Of a DNA stretch of 64,000 nt, positions 49,257 through 61,080 are shown one piece after another. The translations under genes and the position numbers were made by a program. Each line of letters opens with the position of its first letter. Within the stretch, counting starts at the first letter, position 1. The stretch lies in the NCBI GenBank assembly GCA_002269645.1, contig NIVC01000343.1, positions 171,218 to 235,217 on the forward strand, given 5' to 3'. This DNA is from Macrostomum lignano. Its lineage: Eukaryota. The notes under the pieces were generated by a model. The model saw only the letters and a list, made by a program, of their open reading frames with translations, ran no database searches and had not been told where the DNA came from.

Positions 49257-52200
49257 TACAATACTGTTGAAACATAAATACGGTACGACTGAAGTACTCA
49301 ATACTTGTACTTAGTACTCACGCCACAACATCCTCCCCACATGAGATTCCCCTAAGTAATCGCATGTCAGTTCAGTGCATCATACACGGTTCAGTTCGGG
49401 TAGCGCATTGGCGGGCGACGCTCGCGCTCTGACCTTCTCAGCACCGGCAGGGGTGCCGGCGGTTCCCCAGCGAGATCATCAGGCGGTCCTGGCGGATCCA
49501 CCTCCGGGCCGCCGCCACCTTCGTCGAGCTGCGCGTCGCCGTCGTCGTCGCTGCCTTTGCCCGGTCCGGCCGGCACGCAGCGCCGCAGGTGCCACCGCTT
49601 GCCGTTTTCGAGCAGCACAGTTGTCTTGAATCGCTTGCGAACCCGGAACGGCCCGGCGAGCTTCGGCTCCAGCTTGCCAGGTGCCACCGGCTTGGAGATG
49701 CGCACCCAGGAGCCGTCTTGGATGACCGCGGTCCGCGTCGCCGATGCATGCCGCCGACGGTCGGTGTCGCTCTTTGCTCGCTGCTTTGCCGTGGCGACCC
49801 GGTCATGAGCCGACGTCGGCCGCTTGGCTTCCGAGTCCGGTTGGAGTGCGAGCAGCAGGGTGCGCATTGGTCGGCCAGTCATGAGCTCGTGTGGACTCGA
49901 ACCCGTGACGTGCGTTGGGGTCGCCCTATAGGCCGCGAAGACAGCTCGGACGGCCTTGCAGAAGCTCCACCCGGCGACCAAGTGCGCTGTCACGCCCTCG
50001 CCGAGAGTGCGGTTGAATCGCTCGACGTTGCCGTTTTGTTCTGGACAGTACACTGCCGTTCGCTTGTGTTCGATCGCCAGGCTCGCCAGGTACTCGTCGA
50101 ACTCGCGGCCGAACTGGGGTCCATTGTCGGTTGTGATGCTTTTCGGGATGCCCCACCTCGACCAGATGACCTCAAGGAAGTCGACGACTACCTTGGTTGT
50201 GACCGATTCTACGAGCGCGACTTCTGGCCATCGGCTAAACTGATCGATGAGCACGATCGCGAATCGCTGGTGACGCGGCGCCGCTCTGAACTCTCCGCAG
50301 ATATCGAGTTGCAGCTCCTCCCAGGCTCCTGCTGGCGTGCTGGTGATCGTCATGGGCGGAACGCTTGGTCGAGACGCCTTGCCAGCCAGCGCGCAGGCCG
50401 TACAGTCCTTCACCGCCGACTCGATGCCCTTGTCGATACCGGGCCACCAAGCTGCAGATCGGCACCGCTGCTTGGTCCGCACAATTCCGTGGTGGCCTTC
50501 GTGCGCCATATTGAGAACCCGGTTCTGCAGTGTAGCTGGGATGACGGTAGCCTGGCCACGAGCCACGCAGCCGTCGCCGAACAGGTAGAGTTCGTCCTTT
50601 GCGCGGTAGTAGGCCTGCAGCTCCGGTGCCAGTTGTTTGGACGCCGGCCACCCCTCCTTGATGAAGCGAGAAACCGCTTGCAGGACTTTGTCGCTGGCCG
50701 TTTCTTGGCGCACCTCGTCCAGGTTGACTGCTGGAGCCAGCTGCGCCATCAGGATTCGGCCGATCTCCTGGTCGTCCGTGTTGCTCTGCGGATCCTCCTG
50801 GACGTTTGGTTGTTGCCTAGACAGCAGGTCGGCGATAGTGTTGTCTCGGCCGCGCACGTAGCGAATGGTCACCAGGGGGTATGCCCTAAGACGCTCTGTC
50901 CACCGAAGGATGCGCAGCGGCCGGACTCCTTGACTGCCCGCGGTCAGCAGAGTGCTCAGCGTGCTATGGTCTGTGTAGACGGTCACTGGCCGGCCATAGG
51001 TGAACAGGTGCCACTTCTCGACCGCCCATACGACAGCCAGCGCCTCCTTCTCCCCGACCGAGTAGTTCCGTTCCGGTGAAGTGAGGGACCGCGAGCTGTA
51101 GGCAATCGGGTGCTCCTCGCCGAGCTGTATCTGTGCCAGCACGGCGCCGATGCCGTGGGCACTGGCGTCGCATCGGATGATTGTCTCGGATTTGGGGTCA
51201 AATGCCTTTAGGACTGGCGCCATGGTCAGCTGCCTCTTGATTTTCTGGAAAGCGCCATCTTGCTCTGGACCCCACGACCACGGCTCATCTTTGCGTAGCA
51301 GCCGGCGGATCGGCTCCGTGGTTTCCGAGTAGGCATGGACGAACAGGCTGTAGAAGTTTGTCGCTCCGAGGAATGCAGCTGCCTCCTTGGTGTTACTCGG
51401 CTGAGGCGTCTCCTTGATTGCCTTCACGTACGAGTCGATCGCTTGGATGCCGTTGCCGGAAATGCGGAAACCATGGAAGTCCACTGCCGGTTGGGCGAAG
51501 ACGCACTTATCGTTGAGCACGATGTTGTTCTCTCGAAGACGTTCTAGTGTCCGGCTCAGGTTGTCGTCGTGCTCCTTCTTTGTCTTGCCGTGCACCAGGA
51601 TGTCATCGACTGCGCTGACCGTTCCTGGCAGGCCTTGCAGGATGCGAGCCATGGCCTTCTGGAAGAACCCTGCCGCGCTGCTGAGGCCGAACGGGACGCG
51701 GCAGAACTGGTACAGGCCTTCGTCCGTGATAAAAGCTGTTAGGTATCGACTGTCGTGGTGAAGTTCGAACTGGAGGTACCCTGTCTTCATGTCCAGCTTC
51801 GAGAAGACTTGTGATCCACGGAACTCGGCCGCCAACTCATCGATAGTCGGTGTTGGGTAGGCGTCCGCGACGATCGCCTTGTTGACGTCTCGTAGGTCGA
51901 TGCAGAGTCGGATTCTACCGTCGCTCTTGGGGGCGATGACCATGTTGCTCACCCAGGCACTGGCGCTGATCTTCTCGATGATTTTCTCCGCCTCCATTCG
52001 GTCAAGTTCCGCTTTTACCGCCTCCTTCATGGCGAGCGGGATCTTGCGGCGAGCCTGGATCACCGGGTGGGCATCCAGTTTCAACTTCGGTCGGTGCACG
52101 ATGCCCTTGGCTCGCCTGATTGGCCCGAAGAGGTCCTTGAAGCTGTCCTGGGGTTTTGAGCCCTCGTCACCGAGATGGTTGATTTGAAGCGACACGCCAA

Positions 52201-53534
52201 ACTTCGGGAAGTCGGAGCGCCCAAGAAGGCTTGAACTGCCCTCTGCGACTTGAAAACAGACTGAGGCCGTCTTGTCCTTGAACGTGATCGGGAGCGTCGC
52301 TGTCCCGTAGGTCCTGATGTGCGAGCCGCCGTAGGCCACGAGCCGTGCTGGAGTTCCGCTTCCCTTGGTTGCGTGTCGTCGAACTCTCTGGAAGTCGGAC
52401 ATGCTGATCACCGACACGGAGGCACCGCTGTCCAGCGTCAGCGTCAGCAGCTCGTCGCGGACCGCGCATTCGATGTTGTGGACGGCAGTCGGATTCTGGT
52501 TCGCGACTTGCAGGATGGTGCTCACCTCCTCGCCGACTGTTGCCACCGTCTTGCTTCGGCATACAGCGGCAAAGTGGTTCGGCTTATTGCAGTTGTTGCA
52601 CTTTTTTCCCATTGCTGGGCACTTGTGCTCCTTGCTGTAGTCGCCGCCGCATCGCCTGCACTTCTCGCTGTCCTTGCGCGTTTTGGGCTTGGCTCTGACT
52701 TTCTGCTTTGAGACGGCGTGCACTGTCTTTTGAGACGCCCCTGATGTGCCGTTGAGGACCTTGGCTTCGTTGATGGCTGTCTCGATTTGGTTGGCGAGCT
52801 GCAGGGACTTCTCCAGTGTCAGGTCGTCTGGTTCCATCAGCAGCCTCTCACGGATACGTGGCATGCACGTTTTCTCGATAAGCTGATCGCGGACCATCTC
52901 CTTCGTCAGGTCCTTGAACGCGCAATCGGCCGCGAGCTGCTGCAGATCTCTGACGAACTGCTGCACCGGCTCCCCTGGTCGCTGCTCCCTGCACCGAAAC
53001 CTGTAGCGAGCTCCGATGACGCTCTTGTTCGGCACGAAAATTTTGTCCAGTTCTTCGAGCAGCTTCTTCATGTCGTTCGCCTCCACGCTTTCCGCCTGCC
53101 GTTGGCCTTCCGGCCCGAGGCAGTGTCGAAGGACGGCCATTTGTCTCGCCTCCGACATTTTGTCCAGTTCCGTTGCTGTTGAATAGATCGCGAACTGACT
53201 TTTCCACCTTGGCCACGGGCAGCTTGGCTCGCCCGGGCTAGCCAGGTACGGCGTTGGTGGGTTGAGACTGAAGTCTGCCATCTTCGTCGCCAGAGTTGTG
53301 TATTGAACGCGTGGGTTTTTGTGCGAGCGAGAGTTGAGAAATAAGAATTGTGGAGTCTCGACTGACTCCGCCGCTTTATATTTGTTAGTCAATGAAGCGT
53401 GCACGTTGGGTGTATACACCTGGAAGATTGGCTATATGTTACGCAATGATTTGAGTTGAATACAATACTGTTGAAACATAAATACGGTACGACTGAAGTA
53501 CTCAATACTTGTACTTAGTACTCACGCCACAACA
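49257..53534 (-). mobile_element. Ty3/gypsy LTR retrotransposon 3 (Mag-like), 3' LTR split by an inversion
   Basis: 5' LTR 53534-53294 (TGTTG start). PBS TGGCGACGAAGATGG is a 14/15 match to tRNA-Ser(GCU). PPT GTGGGGAGGA. Proximal 3' LTR piece 49330-49257. TSD ACCAC at 53535-39 (reverse complement) and 48755-59. Confidence 0.95.
49391..53281 (-). CDS. Single gag-pol polyprotein of element 3 (~1296 aa, start MADFSLNPP)
   Basis: The ATG overlaps the PBS end. Knuckles CRRCGG..HKC / CNNCNKPNH..VC, LDSGAS, RT AVDD, RNase H DASAHG/EKE/TDH, HEGHHG..CTAC, DDE and GPF. Confidence 0.95.
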   Translation of the reverse strand: MADFSLNPPTPYLASPGEPSCPWPRWKSQFAIYSTATELDKMSEARQMAVLRHCLGPEGQRQAESVEANDMKKLLEELDKIFVPNKSVIGARYRFRCREQRPGEPVQQFVRDLQQLAADCAFKDLTKEMVRDQLIEKTCMPRIRERLLMEPDDLTLEKSLQLANQIETAINEAKVLNGTSGASQKTVHAVSKQKVRAKPKTRKDSEKCRRCGGDYSKEHKCPAMGKKCNNCNKPNHFAAVCRSKTVATVGEEVSTILQVANQNPTAVHNIECAVRDELLTLTLDSGASVSVISMSDFQRVRRHATKGSGTPARLVAYGGSHIRTYGTATLPITFKDKTASVCFQVAEGSSSLLGRSDFPKFGVSLQINHLGDEGSKPQDSFKDLFGPIRRAKGIVHRPKLKLDAHPVIQARRKIPLAMKEAVKAELDRMEAEKIIEKISASAWVSNMVIAPKSDGRIRLCIDLRDVNKAIVADAYPTPTIDELAAEFRGSQVFSKLDMKTGYLQFELHHDSRYLTAFITDEGLYQFCRVPFGLSSAAGFFQKAMARILQGLPGTVSAVDDILVHGKTKKEHDDNLSRTLERLRENNIVLNDKCVFAQPAVDFHGFRISGNGIQAIDSYVKAIKETPQPSNTKEAAAFLGATNFYSLFVHAYSETTEPIRRLLRKDEPWSWGPEQDGAFQKIKRQLTMAPVLKAFDPKSETIIRCDASAHGIGAVLAQIQLGEEHPIAYSSRSLTSPERNYSVGEKEALAVVWAVEKWHLFTYGRPVTVYTDHSTLSTLLTAGSQGVRPLRILRWTERLRAYPLVTIRYVRGRDNTIADLLSRQQPNVQEDPQSNTDDQEIGRILMAQLAPAVNLDEVRQETASDKVLQAVSRFIKEGWPASKQLAPELQAYYRAKDELYLFGDGCVARGQATVIPATLQNRVLNMAHEGHHGIVRTKQRCRSAAWWPGIDKGIESAVKDCTACALAGKASRPSVPPMTITSTPAGAWEELQLDICGEFRAAPRHQRFAIVLIDQFSRWPEVALVESVTTKVVVDFLEVIWSRWGIPKSITTDNGPQFGREFDEYLASLAIEHKRTAVYCPEQNGNVERFNRTLGEGVTAHLVAGWSFCKAVRAVFAAYRATPTHVTGSSPHELMTGRPMRTLLLALQPDSEAKRPTSAHDRVATAKQRAKSDTDRRRHASATRTAVIQDGSWVRISKPVAPGKLEPKLAGPFRVRKRFKTTVLLENGKRWHLRRCVPAGPGKGSDDDGDAQLDEGGGGPEVDPPGPPDDLAGEPPAPLPVLRRSERERRPPMRYPN

Positions 53535-53539
53535 GTGGT

Positions 53540-53700
53540 GTTGAGTGACGAATGGGCAGTCAGGTCAAGGTGCTTGGGCAGGCAATCGGGAGGAGTGGAG
53601 TGGAGAGAGGGTGGTGCAGCTGAGCAGGATGGCCTTGGATCGGAGGTGCAAGTCGCTGTCGAGTAGTGAGTTCACCAACGGCCACACTGGCTACGCACCT
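53540..53700 (+). mobile_element. RTE-type LINE relic, downstream part
   Basis: WAGNREEWSG...LSRMALDRR resembles the RTE tail W.DNI.EW.G...L.R.A.DR. It continues the 48760-49140 fragment across the gypsy insertion. Confidence 0.65.
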
Positions 53701-54767
53701 GATAAAAAATATAATAAGCTAATTGTACTTCTCTTACTTAACTGCACCTTGACCACATTCCGTCTTAAGCAGCATATTACTCTTTATGCATACGTAAGCA
53801 AACAAACAATAGACACACTGGTATACTTTTTGCCAGCAAGAGTACTAAGCGGACAATTCACAGATTTGTAAATTTAAACCTGTTGCGAGCCTTTTGAATC
53901 GATATTTAGCAATTGCCAGGGCAGCTTTTAATTCCTTAGAGCACTTTTAGAGTAGCTTAGCTTGTTTGCAGTCAAACTCTTACAGTCTTGAAAGCCTCTG
54001 AGTTTGCAGTACAGGGCCGGGACTCCTTCATTTTAGGCCTACTTTGAAACGATTTTGTCAAAGCTAACAGTTGCATTGTCAACACGCTTTTTTTCGGCAA
54101 TTGGCATTTCCTGGAAACCCAATTAATCAATCTATCCATGCACACAAGCCTTTCCAGATACCAGCTTTAAATTGACTATTTCTATATGAGGCGCTATGTA
54201 TTCTATTAGGCCTGAGAGACGGATCGGACAATGGGCTGGTTTGGGTAGGCCAAAACCAAAGCTTCAGCTACCACACTGACCCACCCAGTGCGATAGACTG
54301 AAACCAAGCGACTGATTAATGGTGGAAGATTACCGGATGGTCAAAAACAGTGCCCGCTCGTATGCCGCTGTCAGGGGGGTGGTTTTAACAAATTAACTAG
54401 TAGTAAAAGGACGATACGCATTGAAATGTGGAAAGAGAATTGAGTACAGGAAAAAAAGAGGAAGGTGGATGAAGGTGGGCAGAGAACAAACATACGAGAG
54501 TAAACTTCCCAGCCCGCAGTTCTGCGCTGGCACAAGCACTCTCCTACCTGTCTGTCCATTGCCTATAATGCGTGCTATATAACTGCACTAATTGACAATC
54601 AAACTCACACAGCTTTGTAGTTCAATACCGGACCGTTGCCCCTGACAGCAAGGATTCGGCTTGGAAGAGAATAAAAAAGAGAATCAAGTCACGCAGCATA
54701 TTTTCTATAGCTGGCATCTGGCACTCGTAATTCTGCTTCGAGCCGGCTTGCATCAACACCAGAAACA

Positions 54768-56697
54768 ATGCCTGAATCTGCGGTATCGGCCGAGTGGAGA
54801 ACGTTTATCGAGGCCTCTTCGGTCCGCGGCCTGAAGCGGACCGTCTCATCGCCGACGATAGTTCAGCGGGTGTTCTGGATCAGCTTCCTGCTCTGCTCTG
54901 CGGCGGCCATGCTAACCCAGGGCTATTTTGTCATCCAGAACTATCTGTCGCTGAAGGACATATCAATGCTCCGGTCGCGTAGCAACTTCGGTCAGGTGAG
55001 CAGCTTCCCCTCAATAACGCTGTGCAATCGGAACATGCTGAAGCCGCACGCGAACAAGGGCCACATTACCATCGCTAACTACAGCGCTAGGATAAGAGAC
55101 CTTGCCAGACAGGCTGTTAGTATGAGAGAAAAGGAGATACTGCTTGATATGGACAAATTGCACGCCTACTACGCTCAGTTGCCACAAGAGAGCATGACAG
55201 ATTATACCGTTGACCTAAAGGATGTTGCCGTACTTATCAACTTAGTCTTTAATAACGGCAGCATGGAAACAGTGCACAAAAACTTCGAGATTCTTAACGT
55301 GTTTCAACGGATTCGTGGCAAACCTCCAGGTAAGACTTTTTTTCGAGATTTTTATCTAATAGAATGATGAACGATTTAAGGGCAAAGTAGGTGGTGCGCC
55401 AAAATAAGGTTCGATTCCGTGCGCACTGACCGGCCACAATAATTTTTAGTGTGAGCGTATGTCTGCGTTAATACGTGTGCATGGGTCAGCAGAATGAGAA
55501 TGACGCCTCCCTGGCTGCGGGACTACTGTCGCTTTGATTCTAAAGCCCCCGCTGCAAATTAACTGCTCGTGCTATTAATAATTTTCATTCAAAACATTTT
55601 TTCAAGGACCAAACAGGCCGGTAGAGACATCTGATTCGATTATCATCACAAAGTTCTACCATCCGGAGTTCTCTCTGTGCCACTCCCTGCACCTGAACAT
55701 ATCGGACCAGTCTATGAAGGAATTGCAGGCTCTCCGCATTGATTTGGCAATGTCTAGTCACATCTTCAACACGTCTATTGATTCAATTTCGCAAAATTAT
55801 CGCGGCTTCCTAGCGGAAAGCATGTCAACAGCGACCGAATTCGTAGTAGCGCTGCACGACCGTAGCGTGTACCCGTTGAACCTGGTGGCGCAGCGAGGCA
55901 TTACGGTCCAACCCGGCGGGATCACGGCCGTGCGATTTAACACGAACGAGTACACCTATAGGCAGTGCCTTAAAAACGCCCAGATATCACACGGTCGGCT
56001 TGGAACCTACCGGCACACGCCCGAGGACTGCTCCGACAGCATCGTGGAAAAGTGGCTTAACAAGCGACTCAACTGCACTGACGACCCGTTTGCCTTCAAC
56101 CGGCTTGGATGCCTAAAAATACCCGAGTCGAATAATTACTTAGATATGCTGGCCAAGCTGCACAACTACGTACAGGTGCGCCAGGGAGCTCTCAACTCGG
56201 AAGAGCTCCGCTCGGGGTGCAATCTGCCTAACTGCGAGGAGACGCACTACGGCACGTCCTTCTCATATTCTCCCTGGCTCATTAACGACTTCCAGTGGCA
56301 ATGGGCTATCCACAAGCTGCTGTTTAATCGGAAAGGCACACTGGACTACCTGCAGCACGCTGAAAATGAATCCTACATAGAAAATCCAACGTATGAGTTC
56401 AACGAGTACAGTAGCATAATGCGGAGTGTTAACGTCTACCGCGAGAACAGCTACGTTACCATTAACGAGGAGGTTGAGCTGACAACCGTGTCAAATCTGA
56501 TCTCCTCGGTTGGTGGCATCATGTCCATCTACGTTGGCATCACGTTCACTCTGGTGGCGGAGTTTTTTGACTTTCTGTTCTGCGTGGCCAGGGCGGCCGC
56601 CCTACGCTCAAGAAAGGCGGCTCCAGCTGAACCGTCTGATGACAGAGTGTTCACCATGCGGGAGGAATCAGTGGATACGGTGAAGACAGAAACTTAA
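54768..56697 (+). CDS. DEG/ENaC (amiloride-sensitive sodium channel family) subunit, ~550 aa
   Basis: Exons 54768-55329 and 55607-56697, phase 1, 1653 nt open. SSVRGL pre-TM1, TM1 VFWISFLLCSAAAMLTQGYFVI, FPSITLCNRN, FYHPEFSLC, Cys-rich thumb, and TM2 LISSVGGIMSIYVGITFTLVAE. Confidence 0.93.
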
Positions 56698-57959
56698 CCA
56701 TCAAGGATAAATGAAACCTGGCTAATGAAACGTTAATAAAAAGCTAACCTGCAGTGACTAACGACCCACTGATAAACTACAAAAGAATGGATGCAGTTAT
56801 GTAGTACAATGATATTATTCAATTCCAAATATAGAAAGTTATGCAATGAATAATAAAGGCAAATACATCTGAAATTACTTTTAAACTAGAGTACATCAGT
56901 ATCAAAAGCAAAGTATATTTTAGCTCGTAACCATCGCGGTACAGTATTAACTGCGGCAACTTTTTTTTGTTTAAAGCGAGAGCCATGAAAAAAGCATTAC
57001 ACTAAAGTGTGACCAATTATCCACCAGTACAGGCATATAAACATTCAAAGTACACGAAAAACAGTATTAGCAAGTCTCGGATGGGATGAACTATCGCAAC
57101 TGATACGGTAGTCATATTCAAATATTTGCACTAAGCTTATTCAACTGCTGAAATTGATGCATATGAGCATCCTTATTCATCGTAAAATCAATGACTATTA
57201 GACAAATTATCTCATAAAATATTTATTATTAGCAGAAAGACACGAATCAATCCATTAACGTGGCGCTGCCATATAGATATCCATGGAAACGGCACGTTTT
57301 TAAACTCTCGTTTTCCATGAAAGTAAAATAGTACGACAGAATTGGGTAGACAAAAATAAACTGAATCAGTACAAAACCTAATAGAAAGCCCACAGGAAAC
57401 TTTCTGTTAGAAGAGCAAAGTACAAGGATTTGCCAATCGAATTAACTGGTGCATGCGGCACCCAAGTTTAGTTGCAGAAGGCACTAAGCAAGCAAAACTC
57501 TATATTTACATTGCAGTTGAACTTTTCCAGAGGCAGCAATAAAACAGCCGACTTCCAACCAGAAGACCAACAGAGAGAAATCATTTTCTGAACGGAATAA
57601 ATGCAATCCAAATGTCCGTGCCACATAAAAATGTCCCTCGCTTCTGTAGCAGCAATTCATTGCATAATCCGCTCAGCTGTGATGGGCATTTGTACCGGTA
57701 GCGAGAAATTCTGACTATTCAAATCTATATCCATTTGGCTGTCTGTCTGCCCGTCGAACTTTTCACCCGGAATTTCGCCCGGAATTTTTTGCGTTCACCC
57801 GGAATTTTTTCCTATTCCAGTAATGCAATCTGATCCGGGTGGAAATTCCGGATCTGTAACGAAAGTTTACAGAATCCGGGCGAAATTTCCGGATCAAAAA
57901 GAAAAATTCCGGAAAATAGACCCGGATCGCTAAAAAAAATCCGGTGACTGTTCCGGGTG

Positions 57960-58520
57960 CGATCCGGGCGAGTGGAACGGATCAGCACACAAATCCGGGC
58001 TAAATTCCGGGCGACGAAAACCGGATCAACACACAATTCCGGGCGAGTGAACCGGAACAGCACACAAATCCGGGCTAATTCCGGGCGAGTGAACCGGATC
58101 AGCACACAAATCCGGGCTAATTCTGGGCGAGTGAACCGGATCAGCACACAATTCCGGGCGAGTGAACCGGATCAGCACACAATTCCGGGCGAGTGAACCG
58201 GATCAGCACACAATTCCGGGCGAGTGAACCGGATCAGCACACAATTCCGGGCGAGTGAACCGGATCAGCACACAAATCCGGGCGAGTGAACCGGATCAGC
58301 ACACAATTCCGGGCGAGTGAACCGGATCAGCACACAAATCCGGGCTAATTCCGGGCGAGTGAACCGGATCAGCACACAAATCCGGGCTAATTCCGGGCGA
58401 GTGAACCGGATCAGCACACAAATCCGGGCTAATTCCGGGCGAGTGAACCGGATCAGCACACAAATCCGGGCGAATTCCGGGAGAGTGAACCGGATTAGCA
58501 CACGAATCCAGGTGAATTCT
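57960..58520. repeat. 31/42-bp CCGG-rich subterminal tandem repeats
   Basis: Unit CCGGGCGAGTGAACCGGATCAGCACACAATT, with a 42-bp variant containing CCGGGCTAATT. Confidence 0.93.
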
Positions 58521-59100
58521 GGATGATTGAACCGGATTTGCAGCCAAATCTTAGGCTTATCACAGTAGCAGAAAATTAAATAAAGAACGGGTCATTGTTC
58601 CATACATTTTCCACGACTACGAATTGAATCGAATTCGATTTAGCCGTCCACGAACAGAAATACTGAATTCAGTTGTGCACAACTGCAAATCGTATATTTC
58701 TATGCACTTCTACGTACTTTCAGAAACAAAAAATGCTGACCTTCTGAATGTCACTCGGATGGGCAGCTGGACTTCGATGCTACCATCAACTTTTTTTGAA
58801 GCCGTATACGGTTTTATATACCTTATCGCGACATTGGCTGCTCTTCAGGGATCCCCATCGCCTACCTCTGATTGCATCTGTCAGGTGGGTCACTCGCTAT
58901 ACAGCTAATTAGCTAGTTAACTCAAGTCAGCTGACTTGTCTATTCACTTGCTTAAGAATTGTAAAGATCTCCGCAAAAATTAAGGAACGACTTTTGTCTC
59001 ATTTTCCAGGACCTATCAGGGCTCATAAATGTAGACAGCCAATGTCTCGAAGAGCGTTTCTAATGAAATCGAATCCAGCAAATTTGGCCTTAACAAAAAG

Positions 59101-59720
59101 CTAGAAATTAATTGCAAATAAATGCGGTGGTGGTGTTATGCACTCGATCTTGGACATCGCCCGCATTTCACTCCTCGAGTAGCTCGCGGTCTGGAAATAT
59201 ATGTTTCCAGAAGTCGGCCCCTCATTTTCGGCAGCACTGGCGATTCGTCGCGCCTTCACCTGGTCCGCCTTCTTTTGCCGCTCTGCGGCTGGCCGAGATT
59301 GAAAGAGCACTGCCTGGCTTCTCGCCACGGTCGTGTCGGATTCCGACGAGCTCGTAGCGGAGATAGCTTCCAATCGAAGAACTTCAGCTTTCATCTGACG
59401 ATTTTCGGCTTGAGCCTCCGACAGCTTTTCACGAACTCCGCTCAATTGATGGCCTATTAAGTACATAAAAATGAGGAGAGTGGCGAAGCAGATTCAAACT
59501 TAAGAATCAACAACACTTATATATATACGAGGCTGCTAACGTCTTCTAGTATATGCATAAAAAACTTACACAGTTCGTCCTCGGCTTCGCCTTGGGCCCG
59601 AATCTGATCCATCATTGTGGTGCATGACGGGCATCGTGACGGCTGCGGTTGCTGCGATGGCACACGCGCCAAAGCAGTCGCTTCAATCGCTTGGGCCTTT
59701 CTATCCAAAGGCCCCTTCCA
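59101..59720 (-). CDS. Possible spliced exons of an internal gene of the TIR element (coiled-coil-rich, unknown function)
   Basis: DRKAQAIEA..RCPSCTTMMDQIRAQGEAEDEL ends at a GTAAGT donor (~59570). An AT-rich intron ends CTTAATAG, followed by HQLSGVREKLSEAQAENRQMKAEVLRLE. Confidence 0.45.
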
Positions 59721-60348
59721 GAGAGTGGCGGAATACCGGGATCCGGTACTCTTGTTAGCAGCCGTGACAACGTGATCTGCTCACGGCTGGTGCAACTGCA
59801 AACGCCTTAGACAAACCAATGGAGCATGTACCGACAAAAATCGGATTAGCGTCTATCTTAATAGGAAAGCTGCTTTGCATACTGGGCCAGTTAGAGCTAT
59901 TTGGAACCATGCCACAGTCTCCGTCTAGACACCCAGCTGTGCCAAACAATATGGTTGGCTGATTTTATGCTTCTAAGCGTCAAATATGACGATAGAATCA
60001 TTCAGCCCGTTGACACACTAAGCAGCTGTGATAGACTACATGCCAGTGGAAGTCAAACCTCTCGCACACAAACAGGGCGCAACAATTTTTCAATTGTCAC
60101 CTGTACGGAGGATGGGCTCAGCCTCACATTACGGACGCTACAGAGCCGCCGAAAAGCAGATCAATTCACATTGCAATTTCGAGGCTTTATTACCCCTCGC
60201 TTTCCAAGAGGAATTAGCGCCGTTGACCAAATGGATGCCAGGGATTGCCTGATGGGATAGCCATTTGCTGGGGTCTGTATTCAGCGGTTTTCCATCGGAG
60301 GCTTCCTCTCAAAATCCCCATGGAACTTATATAATGGATGCCGGATTG

Positions 60349-61080
60349 ATTCCGACTCAAGTCCCAAAATTTTCCCGGATCAGCTTCGCCCGGAACTTGG
60401 CTGAAATTCGGGTCAAGGGAGCTGATCCGGGTGAATTTTCCGGATCAGTTGGTCCGGATCACTAGGGAATTCCGACTCAAGTCCCGAAATGTTCCCGGAT
60501 CAGCTTCGCCCGGAACTTGGCTGAAATTCGGGTCAAGGGAGCTGATCCGGGTGAATTTTCCGGATCAGTTGGTCCGGATCACTAGGGAATTCCGACTCAA
60601 GTCCCGAAATGTTCCCGGATCAGCTTCGCCCGGAACTTGGCTGAAATTCGGGTCAAGGGAGCTGATCCGGGTGAATTTTCCGGATTATTTGGTCCGGATC
60701 GCTAGGGAATTCCGACTCAAGTCCCGAAATTTTCCCGGATCAGCTTCGCCCGGAACTTGGCTGAAATTCGGGTCAAGGGAGCTGATCCGGGTGAATTTTC
60801 CGGATTATTTGGTCCGGATCGCTAGGGAATTCCGACTCAAGTCCCGAAATTTTCCCGGATCAGCTTCGCCCGGAACTTGGCTGAAATTCGGGTCAAGGGA
60901 GCTGATCCGGGTGAATTTTCCGGATCAGTTGGTCCGGATCACTAGGGAATTCCGACTCAAGTCCCGAAATGTTCCCGGATCAGCTTCGCCCGGAACTTGG
61001 CTGAAATTCGGGTCAAGGGAGCTGATCCGGGTGAATTTTCCGGATCAGTTGGTCCGGATCAATGGAGAATTCCGACTCAA
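60349..61080. repeat. 120-bp tandem repeat x6 (subterminal)
   Basis: Exact 120-nt periodicity is visible in the line layout. The 317-aa ORF is an artefact. Confidence 0.95.

Noticed and set aside
49589-51079. 496-aa plus-strand ORF and other antisense ORFs inside the gypsy elements
   Set aside because: Shadow ORFs of GC3-rich pol with no recognisable motifs.
51590-51620. RT motif AVDD as evidence that element 3 is dead
   Set aside because: Both catalytic Asp residues are present, and non-Tyr residues at this position occur in Mag-like elements.
53282-53419. N-terminal 46 aa of the 1342-aa track ORF
   Set aside because: It lies in the LTR/PBS and the same peptide reappears at 48629. The real start is more likely the ATG at 53281.
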